In this document: one piece after another, positions 20,067-34,793 of the stretch | Numbering within the stretch: position 1 is the first letter of the stretch | Layout: each line of letters opens with the position of its first letter | Origin: Methylocystis sp. KS32 | GTDB lineage: Bacteria > Pseudomonadota > Alphaproteobacteria > Rhizobiales > Beijerinckiaceae | Direction of reading: 5' to 3' | Assembly: GCA_002862095.1 (NCBI GenBank) | Contig: PHSQ01000004.1 | Coordinates: 56,261 to 120,260, forward strand | Length of the DNA: 64,000 bases | The notes under the pieces: generated by a model | What the model was told of the DNA's origin: nothing | Database searches by the model: none | Seen by the model: the letters and a program-made list of their open reading frames with translations, nothing else | Translations under genes and position numbers: made by a program

Positions 20067-22823
20067 TTGGTCGACAGCGACATCACGAGAGACGAACCCA
20101 GCCCTTCGGGCTCGGATATCCGGCCGGTTTCCATCGCCGACGAAATGAAGCGATCCTATCTCGATTACGCGATGAGCGTGATCGTGAGCCGGGCGCTGCC
20201 CGATGTGCGCGATGGCCTGAAGCCGGTGCATCGGCGCATTTTGTTCTCGATGCACGAGAATGGCCACACGCCGGACAAGCCCTATGTCAAATCGGCGCGC
20301 ATCGTCGGCGATGTGATGGGTAAATATCATCCCCACGGAGACGCGGCGATTTACGACGCCCTGGTGCGGATGGCGCAGCCTTTCTCGATGGGCTTGCAAC
20401 TGATTGACGGGCAAGGAAATTTTGGCTCGGTGGACAATGATCCGCCTGCCGCCATGCGTTACACCGAATCGCGCTTGGCCAAGCCCGCCTTGGCGTTGCT
20501 CGAAGACCTCGACGAAGGCACGGTCGATTTCCAGCCCAATTATGACGGCAAGGAAAATGAGCCGACTGTTCTGCCGGCGCGGTTCCCCAATCTCCTTGTC
20601 AATGGCGCTGGCGGCATCGCCGTCGGCATGGCGACGAACATCCCGCCGCACAATCTTGGCGAGGTGATCGACGCAACGATCGCCCTGATCGAACGCGGCC
20701 ACCTGACGTTCGCGGAACTCATGGAGATCGTGCCGGGTCCGGATTTTCCGACCGGAGCCATGATCCTCGGGCGTGGCGGCATTCGCAAGGCCTTTGAATT
20801 CGGCCAGGGCTCCATAATCCAGCGCGCCACCGCGCAGGTCGAGACGCTGCGCAAGGACCGCGAAGCGATCATCGTCACCGAGATTCCCTATCAGGTGAAC
20901 AAGGCGGCGCTGGTCGAGCGTATCGCGGAACTGGTCCGCGAGAAGAAAATCGAGGGCATTTCCGATCTGCGCGACGAATCCAGCCGCGACGGCATGCGCA
21001 TCGTCATCGAACTGAGGCGCGACGCCGTCGCCGACGTGGTGCTCAACCAGCTCTGGCGCCACAGCGCGCTGCAATCGAGCTTCCCCGTCAATATGATCGC
21101 GCTGAACGGGAAACGGCCCGAGCGGCTTAATCTGCTCGACGTGCTGCGCGCCTTCGTCGACTTCCGCGAAACGGTGGTCACCCGGCGCACGAAATTTCGT
21201 CTGAACAAGGCCCGCGATAACGCTCATTTGCAAGTCGGTCTCGCCATCGCCGTCGCGAATATCGACGAGGTCATCCGCCTCATCCGCACTTCGCCCGACG
21301 CCGCCGCGGCGCGCGAGGCGCTGATGGCCCGCGATTGGCCGGCCAAGGATATGGCGCCGCTGGTGGCCTTGATCGCCGATCCCCGCCACCGACTCGCGGA
21401 GGATGGGACATGCCGTCTTTCGGAGGCGCAGGCGCGCGGCATTCTCGACTTGCGTCTGCAACGTCTCACCGCGCTCGGGCGCGACGAAATTTCGGCCGCA
21501 TTGGAGAAACTCGCCGCCGAAATCGCGGAATATCTGGAAATCCTCGGCTCCCGCGAGAGGCTGTTCGGCATCATAAAAGACGAATTGCTCGCGGTTAAGG
21601 AGGCTTACGCCACGCCGCGCCGCACCCGGATCATCGAGGCGGATGGCGAGGTCGAGGACGAAGACCTGATCGCCCGCGAAGACATGGTCGTGACGGTTTC
21701 TCACTCCGGCTACATCAAGCGCGTGCCGCTTTCGACCTATCGCGCCCAGCGGCGCGGCGGTAAGGGCCGCTCGGGAATGCAGACCAAGGAGGAGGATTTC
21801 GTCCACCGCCTCTTTGTCGCCAACACCCATACGCCGGTGCTGTTTTTTTCGTCTCTCGGCCGAGCCTACAAAGAAAAGGTCTGGCGCCTACCGCTTTCGG
21901 CGCCCCAGTCGCGGGGGAAGGCGCTGGTGAACATGCTCCCGCTCGAATCGGGCGAGCGCATCACCACGATCATGCCATTGCCGGAGGACGAATCGAGTTG
22001 GGGTAAACTCGACGCCATCTTCGCGACCACGAGCGGTTCGGTGCGTCGCAACAAGCTTTCGGATTTTTCCGACGTGCGCCGCAACGGCATCATCGCGATG
22101 AAGCTCGACGAGGGCGAGGCCATCGTCGACGTCGCGACCGCGAGCGAGGCCGACGACGTTCTGCTGACCACGCGCGATGGCCAGTGCATCCGTTTCCCGG
22201 TGACGGAGGTGCGGGTGTTCCAGGGGCGCACGTCGATGGGCGTTCGCGGCGTGACGCTGAGCGAGGGCGACCGGGTGATCACGCTTTCGATCCTCAGACA
22301 CTTCGAGGCGACAGGCGAGGAGCGCGCCGCCTATCTGAAACGTTCGGTCGCGCTGCGCCGCGCCCAGGGGGCGGAACCCAGCGAGGAATTGCCATCGGAA
22401 ACCGAGGAGACGCCGTCGGTCGACCTCGCCGACGAGCGTTTCGAGGACATGCGCCGCGCGGAGCAAGTGATATTGACGATTTCCGAAAACGGCTATGGCA
22501 AGCGCACTTCGTCCTATGAATACCGCATCACGGGACGAGGCGGCAAAGGCATTGTCGCCATGGCGGTCAATCAGCGAAACGGCGCCTTGATCGCGTCCTT
22601 CCCGGTGGCGGACGGCGACGAAATCATGCTCGTGACCAATGGCGGGCAACTCATCCGCTGCCCCGTCGCCGGCATCCGCGTCGCCGGGCGCGGTACGCAG
22701 GGCGTCATCGTGTTCAACACGGGCGAAGGCGAGCGCGTGGTGTCGGTCGAGCATATCGGGGATGTGGGCGGAGAAGAGGAAGCAGCGGAGGCAGAAAATA
22801 TTGGTGGAGGCGATAGCGCATAG
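20067..22823 (+). CDS. gyrA: DNA gyrase subunit A
   Basis: [26 protein letters not shown] (catalytic Tyr), GyrA-box QRRGGKG, six-bladed CTD repeats. Confidence 0.97.
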   Translation: MVDSDITRDEPSPSGSDIRPVSIADEMKRSYLDYAMSVIVSRALPDVRDGLKPVHRRILFSMHENGHTPDKPYVKSARIVGDVMGKYHPHGDAAIYDALVRMAQPFSMGLQLIDGQGNFGSVDNDPPAAMRYTESRLAKPALALLEDLDEGTVDFQPNYDGKENEPTVLPARFPNLLVNGAGGIAVGMATNIPPHNLGEVIDATIALIERGHLTFAELMEIVPGPDFPTGAMILGRGGIRKAFEFGQGSIIQRATAQVETLRKDREAIIVTEIPYQVNKAALVERIAELVREKKIEGISDLRDESSRDGMRIVIELRRDAVADVVLNQLWRHSALQSSFPVNMIALNGKRPERLNLLDVLRAFVDFRETVVTRRTKFRLNKARDNAHLQVGLAIAVANIDEVIRLIRTSPDAAAAREALMARDWPAKDMAPLVALIADPRHRLAEDGTCRLSEAQARGILDLRLQRLTALGRDEISAALEKLAAEIAEYLEILGSRERLFGIIKDELLAVKEAYATPRRTRIIEADGEVEDEDLIAREDMVVTVSHSGYIKRVPLSTYRAQRRGGKGRSGMQTKEEDFVHRLFVANTHTPVLFFSSLGRAYKEKVWRLPLSAPQSRGKALVNMLPLESGERITTIMPLPEDESSWGKLDAIFATTSGSVRRNKLSDFSDVRRNGIIAMKLDEGEAIVDVATASEADDVLLTTRDGQCIRFPVTEVRVFQGRTSMGVRGVTLSEGDRVITLSILRHFEATGEERAAYLKRSVALRRAQGAEPSEELPSETEETPSVDLADERFEDMRRAEQVILTISENGYGKRTSSYEYRITGRGGKGIVAMAVNQRNGALIASFPVADGDEIMLVTNGGQLIRCPVAGIRVAGRGTQGVIVFNTGEGERVVSVEHIGDVGGEEEAAEAENIGGGDSA

Positions 22824-22829
22824 AGGAAT

Positions 22830-23112
22830 TTGATATGGCTGGCGCCGTCGCGGCGCGTGGCGAATAGGGAGGATCAAGATTTCGTCGCGCTCGACGGTCC
22901 AATAAAGGATGTAAGGATAAGGGTTCACCGGTCCTTGTCTTCGCCTCTTTCCAGCCAGAGGCTTGGCCGCTGGTGGGAAAAGCGCCCACCGTCTCGATTG
23001 CTCGTTTCAAAGCGCGTTTGACGCTCATGGCTCCCGCCGGGCCGTGCGTGTCGATATAGGCAAAAATGCGCTCGATATCCTGCCGCGCCCGCCGCGTGTA
23101 TCGCAGCCTCAC
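22830..23112 (-). pseudogene. RelE/ParE family toxin, frameshifted
   Basis: VRLRYTRRARQDIERIFAYID..GQA in one frame and VNPYPYILYWTVERDEILILPIRHA in another; shift near 22930-22945; 3' end approximate. Confidence 0.8.
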
Positions 23113-23336
23113 ATGCCGTGGCGCCGCCACAGCGCGGCGACCTCTTCGCCCGATGCGAAGTCTCCGCGCCGCGCCCGCGCCATTCCTTCGTCGATAGCGG
23201 CGCGGGTTTCGGCGTCGAGCGGGATGGAATCGCCTCCCGATTCAAGAGCTTACAGCGCCAGTAGGGCGATGGCGTCCTGGTCGGAGTCAGGGAGCGCCCG
23301 AGTCTTTTCGATCGCTTTACCGAGCAGTTTGGTCAT
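23109..23336 (-). pseudogene. Cognate antitoxin with premature stop
   Basis: [74 protein letters not shown]; in-frame TAA at 23252-23250; GTGA overlap with toxin start. Confidence 0.82.
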
Positions 23337-23411
23337 GTGACGATCTTTCCTTTTCAGAGAGCTAAAATAAGCGCGTTTCGGCCGATCGCAAAATCCCCTA
23401 TAGCTCCCCCC

Positions 23412-23930
23412 ATGACAGCAGCCTCGCCTCGCTCCGCCATTTACACCGGCTCCTTCGACCCGCTCACCAATGGGCATCTCGACGTTATCCGGCAGGGCGC
23501 GGCGCTGTTCGACCGCCTGGTGATCGCAATCGGCGTGCATCCGGGCAAGAAGCCCGTGCTCGGCTTCGAGGAACGCGCGACGATCATAAAGGGCGCCTGC
23601 GCGGCGTTGAACCTGCCTTGCGTCCTCGAAGTCGTCGGCTTTTCGGGGCTCGCGGTGGATGCCGCCCGCGAGCGGAAAGCCACAGCCATTATGCGTGGTT
23701 TGCGCGACGGCGCCGATTTCGATTATGAAATGCAAATGGCGGGGATGAACTCGGTCATGGCGCCGGAAGTGACCACGATTTTTATTCCCGCCTCTAGTGG
23801 CGCGCGCCACATCAGCGCTACGCTGGTGCGCCAGATCGCCGCCCTCGGGGGCGACATTTCCGGCTTTGCGCCGGCACAATCCGTCGACGCGCTCGAAAAA
23901 GCGCTCGGCGTCGGCGGCAACAAAAGGTGA
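23412..23930 (+). CDS. coaD: Phosphopantetheine adenylyltransferase
   Basis: [14 protein letters not shown] (HxGH), [22 protein letters not shown]. Confidence 0.96.
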   Translation: MTAASPRSAIYTGSFDPLTNGHLDVIRQGAALFDRLVIAIGVHPGKKPVLGFEERATIIKGACAALNLPCVLEVVGFSGLAVDAARERKATAIMRGLRDGADFDYEMQMAGMNSVMAPEVTTIFIPASSGARHISATLVRQIAALGGDISGFAPAQSVDALEKALGVGGNKR

Positions 23931-23940
23931 GGGAGGCTAC

Positions 23941-24474
<534 letters not shown>

Positions 24475-24485
24475 GAGCGATCGGT

Positions 24486-24510
24486 CTCCCGCCGGGCTTT
24501 TCGGCGGGAG
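24486..24510 (+). terminator. Intercistronic hairpin
   Basis: CTCCCGCCG-GGCTTTT-CGGCGGGAG between the two cyclophilins; weak U tract, so it may be a stabilising hairpin. Confidence 0.35.
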
Positions 24511-24540
24511 CTTCCACTTCACCAGGATTAAGGAAAATAC

Positions 24541-24996
24541 ATGACCGACGCGGGCAATAGGCTGACGCTCGAAACGACGAAAGGCAATGTGGAAATCAGG
24601 CTGAGGCCGGACCTTGCGCCAAATCACGTCGCCCGGATCAAGCAACTGGTTTCCGAGGGCTTTTATGACGGCATCGTGTTTCATCGCGTGATCGAGGGTT
24701 TCATGGCCCAGACCGGCTGCCCGCACGGCACAGGCACGGGCGGTTCGAAATATCCGAACCTCAAGCAGGAATTCAACGACGCCTTCCATGTACGTGGAAC
24801 CTGCTCCATGGCGCGAGCCTCACATCCCGACACCGCCAACTCGCAATTCTTCATCTGTTTTAATGACGCGCGTTTTTTGGATCGGCAATATACGGTCTGG
24901 GGCGAGGTCGTCTCGGGCATGGAGAACGTCGACAAGATCAAACGCGGCGAGCCGGTGAAGGACCCAGACAAGATCGTCAAGGCCACGCTCTCCTGA
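24541..24996 (+). CDS. Cytoplasmic cyclophilin-type PPIase
   Basis: FHRVIEGFMAQTG, CSMARA, SQFFICF, YTVWGEV; AAGGA RBS. Confidence 0.94.
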   Translation: MTDAGNRLTLETTKGNVEIRLRPDLAPNHVARIKQLVSEGFYDGIVFHRVIEGFMAQTGCPHGTGTGGSKYPNLKQEFNDAFHVRGTCSMARASHPDTANSQFFICFNDARFLDRQYTVWGEVVSGMENVDKIKRGEPVKDPDKIVKATLS

Positions 24997-25148
24997 ATCG
25001 TCATCGTCCTGGTTGGTCGAGGCGGCCGACCAGGACATGATAGGTCCGGTAATTATCCGCCGCCCAAGAGATCGCTTGATCCCGCCGGGGGGCGGCATCG
25101 TCAATTTTGCGCCTGCTACCCTATGCGGCGTCGCATTCAAGGGGTTTT

Positions 25149-26222
25149 ATGCGCGTCGATCTGTTCGATTTCGAACTGCCTCAAGAGCGAATCGCATTGC
25201 GGCCGGCTGTCCCGCGCGACAGTTCGCGCATGCTTGTGGTCCCTTCGGAGACGGGCGCGTTCGAGGACCGAGCCATCCGCGATCTGCCGATGTTTTTGCG
25301 GCCTGGCGATGCGCTTGTCATCAACGACACGCGCGTCATCCGGGCGCGCTTGTCGGGGTTCCGCCAGCGCGGCGAGAATAAAGCGTTCATCGAGGCGACC
25401 CTGATCGAGCGCTTGAGCGAAAAGCGCTGGCGCGCCTTGGCGAGGCCGGCGAAGAAACTCGGGCTCGGCGAGCGCGTGTATTTCGGCTCGGATCGCACGC
25501 CTTCCAACGCCCTGTTTTTGAATGCGACTGTCGAGGCCAAGGGCGAGAACGGAGAAGTTACGCTCGGCTTTGATCTTTCGGGCCGTCTTCTCGACGACGC
25601 CGTCGAATCGCTGGGAGCCCTGCCGCTGCCTCCCTATATCGCGGGCAAGAGGATGCCCGATGCATCGGACGAGGCCGATTATCAGACCCTATTTGCTCGC
25701 GAGGCGGGCGCGGTGGCGGCGCCGACGGCGGGGCTTCATTTCACCCCGCAACTTCTTGCCGCCATCGAAGCGGTGGACGTGACGTTGCATCGCGTGACCC
25801 TGCACGTCGGCGCAGGCACTTTCCTGCCGGTGAAATCTGACGACACCCAAGATCATCGCATGCATTATGAGCACGCCATATTGAGCGGCGAGACCGCTCG
25901 CGCGCTCAATGAGGTCCGCGCGCGCGGCGGACGCATCGTCGCCGTCGGCACCACGGTTCTGCGTTGTCTCGAGAGCGCGGCGACGGAAAGCGGGGAACTC
26001 GAACCTTTCAGCGCGCGCACGAATATTTTCATCACGCCTGGCTATCGCTTCCGCGCCATAGACATGTTGCTCACGAATTTCCATCTCCCGCGCTCGACTT
26101 TGTTCATGCTGGTTTGCGCCTTCTGCGGCATCGATCGAATGAAGGTCGCCTATGCGCATGCCATTCGGCATGACTATCGCTTTTATTCCTATGGCGACGC
26201 CTGCCTGCTGTATCGCGCATGA
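25149..26222 (+). CDS. queA: S-adenosylmethionine:tRNA ribosyltransferase-isomerase
   Basis: [59 protein letters not shown]. Confidence 0.97.
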   Translation: MRVDLFDFELPQERIALRPAVPRDSSRMLVVPSETGAFEDRAIRDLPMFLRPGDALVINDTRVIRARLSGFRQRGENKAFIEATLIERLSEKRWRALARPAKKLGLGERVYFGSDRTPSNALFLNATVEAKGENGEVTLGFDLSGRLLDDAVESLGALPLPPYIAGKRMPDASDEADYQTLFAREAGAVAAPTAGLHFTPQLLAAIEAVDVTLHRVTLHVGAGTFLPVKSDDTQDHRMHYEHAILSGETARALNEVRARGGRIVAVGTTVLRCLESAATESGELEPFSARTNIFITPGYRFRAIDMLLTNFHLPRSTLFMLVCAFCGIDRMKVAYAHAIRHDYRFYSYGDACLLYRA

Positions 26223-26562
26223 GCGATTCCCGTGACATCCGCATGCTTGCGCTTTGGCGCGACGATCCGACCGAGGCGCGTCTCACTGTGGACCTGCGAA
26301 TATGCGGCGAGACGGGAGCCGTGGTTTCCGGATGGGACGTTTTTGGCGCCTTCGATCTCGACGGGAAACACTGCCGGCCATTCGTGTTACGGCGCGATGG
26401 CGCAATGGATTTCGGCGCGGCGCCGGAGATGAAGTGGAGCGCCAATCTTCGCGAGATCGCGATTAAAGTCGGCGCTTGTTTCGTGGTGCGCTGGAATGAC
26501 AATGACAGCGGCGAATACAAAATCGTGAAAATCGCCACGCTTGGCGCCAAGGACGGCCGCAA

Positions 26563-26566
<4 letters not shown>
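26219..26566 (+). CDS. Hypothetical protein (115 aa) coupled between queA and tgt
   Basis: ATGA overlaps with both the queA stop and the tgt start; beta-rich composition; no recognised family. Confidence 0.75.
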
Positions 26567-27682
<1,116 letters not shown>

Positions 27683-27693
<11 letters not shown>

Positions 27694-28912
27694 CTCTCTT
27701 CGCAAGCGAAAAGAGCGGGCGAGTGAAGGGCTTTGCGCCCTCGCCGATCGACTGCGCGATTTCGAGGGGTTTGGCGCCCGAACGGTCGAGCATGTTGATG
27801 ATGGCGTTCCCTATTTCGTCAATGAGTTCTGGACTTCCGGCCAGCGCAGCGCGCATGCGTTGCACGAGATCAGTTATCGCGCCTGTTTCAAGCCGCAACT
27901 TCCCGAGTTCTTCATCACCCGCCTCACCGAACCTGGCGACAGCGTTTACGATCCGTTCATGGGACGGGGCACGACGCTGTTGCAAGCCGCGCTGCAGGGA
28001 AGGAGGCCGATAGGCAACGACATAAATCCTTTGTCTATTCTGCTCACCAGGCCTCGCCTGCGACCGCCCGCGCATGAGGCGATAGAGACCAGATTGTCGC
28101 AAATCGACTGGAGCGACAGCGCGGTCGAGCGAGAGGACTTGCTTGCTTTCTATCACCCCGAAACGCTTGGTCTGATTTGCGCTCTTCGTCGATGGCTGCT
28201 TTCTCGCGCGCCTCTCGACAAGGAGCCGGACCCGGTCGACGACTGGATCAGAATGGTCGCGATCAATCGTCTCACCGGTCATTCTCCCGGCTTCTTTTCT
28301 GTCTACACGATGCCGCCAAATCAAGCCGTGTCGATTGACGCTCAACTGAAGATCAATGCAAGGCGCAAACAAACTCCGCCGCCGAGAGACGTCGCGGCCT
28401 TAATCGTGAAAAAGTCGCGAGCGCTGTTGTCGGAAGGGCCGCCTCCGCCACATCCTGCTCCTCTCTTCATGACAGGCGACGCCGCGAAGGCGCCGCTCGT
28501 CCCGGATCAATCGGTGAGGCTGATTGTGACCTCGCCGCCATTTCTCGACGTCGTTCAATATGCCGCCGACAACTGGCTGCGAAACTGGTTTGCGGGAATT
28601 GACCCGGACAGCGTCAAAATCTCGATTCATCGCACCGAATCCGCCTGGTCCAGAATGGTTCGTGACGGCTTCGCGGAATTCGCCCGCGTCGTGGCGCCGG
28701 GCGGTCACGTTGCCTTCGAGGTCGGCGAGGTGAGAGGCGGCAAGGTTGCGCTGGAACGCCTGGTTTTGGAAGCCGTTGAAGGACTGCCTTTCGAGGCGCC
28801 GCTCGTTCTGGTCAACGCCCAGAAGTTCACCAAGACGAGCCATTGCTGGGGCGTGCGGAACAATTCGAATGGAACAAATTCGAACCGTGTTCTGATTTTT
28901 CGTCGCAAGTGA
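27683..28912 (+). CDS. Orphan amino-(N4-C/N6-A) DNA methyltransferase, alpha-type motif order
   Basis: [11 protein letters not shown], motif [10 protein letters not shown], later motif IV TSPPF; start overlaps the tgt stop by 11 bp. Confidence 0.85.
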
Positions 28913-29024
28913 TTGAGTGTCTCGTGGCTCGTTCTTCGCCGGTTGTCCTGTCCCTGGGGGCGTCGTATCCTGAAAAAGTCCTCGCGATATGAGGCGAATC
29001 AATCCAATCAAGCGAGGCTCGGCC

Positions 29025-30467
<1,443 letters not shown>

Positions 30468-30477
30468 CGGATGAGCC

Positions 30478-33400
30478 TCACGAAGGTTCCGCCGGCGCGC
30501 CGACCCATCTCGAATTCGCGGGCAGGCTCTCGCCCTTCATGACGACGGTGAGCGGACCCAGCCGGACATAATCGCCGACATGGGTGTCGTAAAGCACCGT
30601 CGAACCGGCTCCGACGCAAACGCCATTCCCGAGACGCACGCGACCGACTTTCATCACGCGGTCCTCATATAAATGCGTTTGCAGCGCGGAGACCGCGTTG
30701 AGAGCGCAATAATCGCCGACATGCACGCAATCGAATTCGGTGATGTCGGTCATATCCATGAACACGCCTTTGCCGAACTTTGCTCCGAACAGGCGCAGCG
30801 TCCAGGGCAGAAATGGCGTGCCGCGCAGATGTTCCAGCAGGACCTTGCCGGCAAGGCCCCAATAGAGCACGGCGCAGGCTTCGGTCCGCATGGCCCAGAA
30901 CGACCACATCGGCTTCACCTGAGGCTCGTAGCGGCCCATGGTGATCCATTTGACCGCGACCACGGACAATGTCATCCCGACCGAAATCAATACGGAGTCC
31001 AGAATGAACAATTCGGCGACCGTGAGATATTCGCCGTCGACCAGAGATTGCCCGAAACTTTCGACGGCCCAGGTGCCGAAGGTCATGAACAGCATGGTCG
31101 GCAAGGAAACATTCACCGCCTCATAGGCCGCGCGCATAAACTTCTTCCACATTGGCGGCTCATAGGTCCAGTTCGCCCCGCCGCCGTCGAATTTCTGCCT
31201 CACGGGCAATTTTATCGGGGGGGAGCCGAACCAGGTGTCGCCCGGCGACAATGCGCTATTGGCCGGAGGCTTGGATTTTATGCCGATCAAGGCGCCAGAG
31301 GGAATTTCCGCGCCCGGCGGCACGACAGCGTCATTGCCGAGGAAGACACGATCGCCCGTCTTCACCGCTTTGAGATACATCCAGCCGCGCCGGACATCCT
31401 CGTCCCCGAGCACGACTTCATCGGCGATGAAGCATTTCTCGCCGATCTCGACGATATCGTATCTGCCGGAGAGATTTGTGGAAATTTCCGAGTCCTTGCC
31501 GATGCGCGCGCCCATCAAGCGGTACCAACTCCGCATGTAGAGCGTTGCAAACAGCGACGACAAGGTTTCGAGCGTAACCTCGGTCGCGAGTGAAACCGCC
31601 CATTTGCGCAGATAGAACCAGGACCACACCGAATATGTTCCCTCGCGCACCCGCGTCGGCATCGCGATCCAACGGAAGGCGATGATGAAGGCCACGGAGA
31701 CCAGCACCAGAACAAAGGCGGTTGGCAAGGCGAAAAGCGGGATCGCGGCGAGATAATAAAGATGGTCTGATTCCGCGATGCCCATCCAGGCGTCGAGCTT
31801 GTCGAACAGATAGAATGCCGGAAAAATCGGCAATAGCCCGAGCGGCGGGATCGCCAGAACCAGCAGCGTGAAAAGGAAGGTCATGACCGGCCGGCGGATC
31901 GGACCCGCTGTCGCGGGCGGATCGAGTTCCGCTTCATTCACCATTCCGGTCTTGCGCGCGGGCGAGCCGTTCCAGATTTCATGCGCGCCAACGCGCGCGC
32001 CGGAGGGTAGGGAGGTCAGATCCTCCAGCGCGGCGCCGTCTCCAATCACGGCGCCGTCCTCTATGACGCAGGAGGCGCCGATATAGGCGTCGGCGCCGAT
32101 GTCGATCGTCCCGATGATCAGTTCATCGCCTTCGACCCGCGCGTTGGAAAGCTTAAGCTTGGAGCCTAGCGAAGCGCCCGCGCCGATAGTCACGAGATCG
32201 ATGGCGCCGGCGTCGAATTCGCTCACGAGGGCGTCGGGACCAACCCTCGCCCCCAGCGCCAACAAATAGAGGTTCATGAGCGGCGAAACCTGAAACCACT
32301 TGGCGTGGGTTAGGCCAATCAACCGCTGAGATAGCCACCAACGGTAATAATAGACGCCCCAAAGCGGATATCTTCCTGGCTTGGTGCGGCCGATGACCAG
32401 CCATTTGCCGATGATGGATATCGCCACCGTGGCGAGATTGACGCAAAGATAAACCCCGAGCAAAGCCACCGACTCTTCCAACAGCGTGGCGTCGGCCGTG
32501 GTGATGAGCTGATAGGAGACGAACACGCCGAGCCATTGCGCGGTGATGACCGCCAGGATGAACGGCAGCGCCGCGGCCTGGGCGAGACCGCATAGCAAGC
32601 GGCGCAACAATGGCGGCGGCTTGAAGGAAAGATCGCGTGGCGTGAGATCGAGCTCCGCCTTGCCCGCCATATGCGCGGCGAGCGCCCGTAGGGTTCGATG
32701 GGTGTACAGGTCTTGCAGGGTGACCGAGGCGAGGCTTGGCGTCTCGCGCACCGCCCCGACGAAACGGGCGGCAAGAAGCGAATGGCCGCCGAGGTCGATG
32801 AAGAAATCCGCGTCGAAAGGAATTGGCCCGGGAGGCAGCACGCGCTTCGCCGCCGCCAGCAGCGTCGCCTCCGTTATGTCGCGGGGGATTTCCTGCTCTT
32901 CGTCGACGCCCGCCGGAGCTATCAATTCAATATTTTTCAGTGCTTTGCGGTCGACCTTGCCCGAGGAGAGCTTCGGCAAGGTCTCGACAAACTCGTATCG
33001 CGAGGGGACCATATAAGGGGGCAGCGTTTCGCGCAGTTTGGCTCGAAGCTCCACCGGTTCCGGCCTTTCGCCGCCATCGGTCGTCAGAAAGGCCACCAGT
33101 TCGTCGAGACCGCGCTCGTTGCGCAGAACAACGGCGGCGTGGCGCACCGCCGGATGATGCGAAAGCGCCGCTTCAATTTCGCCGAGTTCGACGCGAAAGC
33201 CCCGAATTTTAATCTGGTCGTCGATGCGGCCCCGGAAGAGAAGATTTCCGTTTTCGTCCAGCACGACGGCGTCGCCGGAGCGATAGAGCACGGGATCGTC
33301 GGCTTTATCCACAAAGGGATTGGCGATGAATTTTTCCGCGGTCAACTCATCCCGTTTCAGATAGCCGCGCGCCACTCCCGGACCGCCGATCAGCAATTCG

Positions 33401-34533
33401 CCCTCGACGCCGGGAGCGACGAGTTTGAGCTGGTCGTCGACGACATAGCAGCTATAGTTTGGGATCGGCTTGCCAATCGTCACCGGCTCTCTTGGCCAGA
33501 CCTCGGAAGTCGTGGCCACGACGGTCGCTTCCGTGGGTCCGTAGCTATTGTAGATCGTGCGGCCGATGCGGCTCCAGCGCTCGGCGATCGCCGGCGGGCA
33601 GGCTTCCCCGCCCAAGATAATCGTGCGCAAGGTTTTTACGTCTCGTGGAAGAACCGCGAGCAGCGTAGGCACCGTATCGAGGACAGAAACTCTGGCTTCT
33701 TCGAGAATATCCGGAAGTTGTTCGGTTTCGCCGAGAATTTCAGGCGTCGCAACGAACAAGGCCGCGCCGACGAGATAGGGAATCCAAATCTCCTCCATCG
33801 AGAGATCGAAGGCGACCGACGCACCCTGAAACACGATATCCGAGGATGCGACCGCGTAAATCTCGTTCGCCGACCGCAGATAGTGACAAATATTTCGCCC
33901 CGTGATGACGATGCCCTTGGGGACGCCGGTCGAACCGGAAGTGTAGATCATGTAAGCGGGATGGTTCGGCGTCGCGCCCCGCGCCCGCGGATCGGGCAGG
34001 GGAGCGCCCGCGAGAAGCGCGATCTCCTCGTCCACCAATATCGGCGCCGGAATCGAGCCGGCCGCCTTTCGGGCGAAGGCGGCCGAGGTCAGGAGTCCCT
34101 TGGCCTCGGCGTCCGCCAGACAAACCGCGATGCGCTCCAAAGGCGCATCGGCGTCAAACGGCAGCCATGCGGCTCCGGTTTTGGCGATGGCGATCTGGGC
34201 GATCAGCAATTCCGGCCCGCGCGCCATCCAGAGGCCAACGACATCTCCGGGGCCGATGCCGCGCTCAACCAGGCCATGGGCGATTGCCGCCGCTTGCAAA
34301 TCGACTTCGCGGTAGCTGAAGCGGCGCTCCAGCGTCGTCATTGCGATGGCGCTCGGCGAGGCCGCTACGGTCGCCGCGAATATCTCGCAGAGCAATTCGT
34401 CCCGTAGCAACGAGGGCAGGGCTTTGCCCCGCAAAATCGCGGCGGCGACCCTGGCCGAACCTTGCGTTTCGGCGCCATCGACTGTGTGCGCCAAGGTCGA
34501 TTCTCGCTTTATGGTTTGCTGCAAGTCGTTCAT
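30478..34533 (-). CDS. Pls/PosA-family single-module NRPS-like enzyme (A-T-three membrane/hexapeptide C-domains)
   Basis: A domain YTSGSTGVPKG, YGPTE, YRSGD, GRIDDQIKIRGFRVELGEIE, SSGKVDR; T domain LGGHSL; three TM plus left-handed beta-helix repeats. Start uncertain (ORF open to 34689). Confidence 0.92.
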   Translation of the reverse strand: MNDLQQTIKRESTLAHTVDGAETQGSARVAAAILRGKALPSLLRDELLCEIFAATVAASPSAIAMTTLERRFSYREVDLQAAAIAHGLVERGIGPGDVVGLWMARGPELLIAQIAIAKTGAAWLPFDADAPLERIAVCLADAEAKGLLTSAAFARKAAGSIPAPILVDEEIALLAGAPLPDPRARGATPNHPAYMIYTSGSTGVPKGIVITGRNICHYLRSANEIYAVASSDIVFQGASVAFDLSMEEIWIPYLVGAALFVATPEILGETEQLPDILEEARVSVLDTVPTLLAVLPRDVKTLRTIILGGEACPPAIAERWSRIGRTIYNSYGPTEATVVATTSEVWPREPVTIGKPIPNYSCYVVDDQLKLVAPGVEGELLIGGPGVARGYLKRDELTAEKFIANPFVDKADDPVLYRSGDAVVLDENGNLLFRGRIDDQIKIRGFRVELGEIEAALSHHPAVRHAAVVLRNERGLDELVAFLTTDGGERPEPVELRAKLRETLPPYMVPSRYEFVETLPKLSSGKVDRKALKNIELIAPAGVDEEQEIPRDITEATLLAAAKRVLPPGPIPFDADFFIDLGGHSLLAARFVGAVRETPSLASVTLQDLYTHRTLRALAAHMAGKAELDLTPRDLSFKPPPLLRRLLCGLAQAAALPFILAVITAQWLGVFVSYQLITTADATLLEESVALLGVYLCVNLATVAISIIGKWLVIGRTKPGRYPLWGVYYYRWWLSQRLIGLTHAKWFQVSPLMNLYLLALGARVGPDALVSEFDAGAIDLVTIGAGASLGSKLKLSNARVEGDELIIGTIDIGADAYIGASCVIEDGAVIGDGAALEDLTSLPSGARVGAHEIWNGSPARKTGMVNEAELDPPATAGPIRRPVMTFLFTLLVLAIPPLGLLPIFPAFYLFDKLDAWMGIAESDHLYYLAAIPLFALPTAFVLVLVSVAFIIAFRWIAMPTRVREGTYSVWSWFYLRKWAVSLATEVTLETLSSLFATLYMRSWYRLMGARIGKDSEISTNLSGRYDIVEIGEKCFIADEVVLGDEDVRRGWMYLKAVKTGDRVFLGNDAVVPPGAEIPSGALIGIKSKPPANSALSPGDTWFGSPPIKLPVRQKFDGGGANWTYEPPMWKKFMRAAYEAVNVSLPTMLFMTFGTWAVESFGQSLVDGEYLTVAELFILDSVLISVGMTLSVVAVKWITMGRYEPQVKPMWSFWAMRTEACAVLYWGLAGKVLLEHLRGTPFLPWTLRLFGAKFGKGVFMDMTDITEFDCVHVGDYCALNAVSALQTHLYEDRVMKVGRVRLGNGVCVGAGSTVLYDTHVGDYVRLGPLTVVMKGESLPANSRWVGAPAEPS

Positions 34534-34793
34534 ATGGTGCATTAATCCGGTAGATAAGCCGTGTTGGGACGAGGCCCCGTCGTTGGTCCATTGCTGTAAC
34601 GCGCTTTTCGCTCGCATAGAGTTGGGCGAGCAATAAAAAATCGCGCCGGAACCAATAAATCGGAGCGAACGATCGAAAAAATTCGTCAATTTCTTCGATC
34701 ATTCGCTTTATCACAGGCCGCCCGAACAACCTATGCCGCTTCGCGGCTGAACGAATCATGAAAGCTTGCGATTTTGTCGCCGCGCATTCGTCG

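Noticed and set aside
21890-22460. Acidic insertion in the GyrA C-terminal domain
   Set aside because: Such an insertion is usual in alphaproteobacterial GyrA, so it is not novel.
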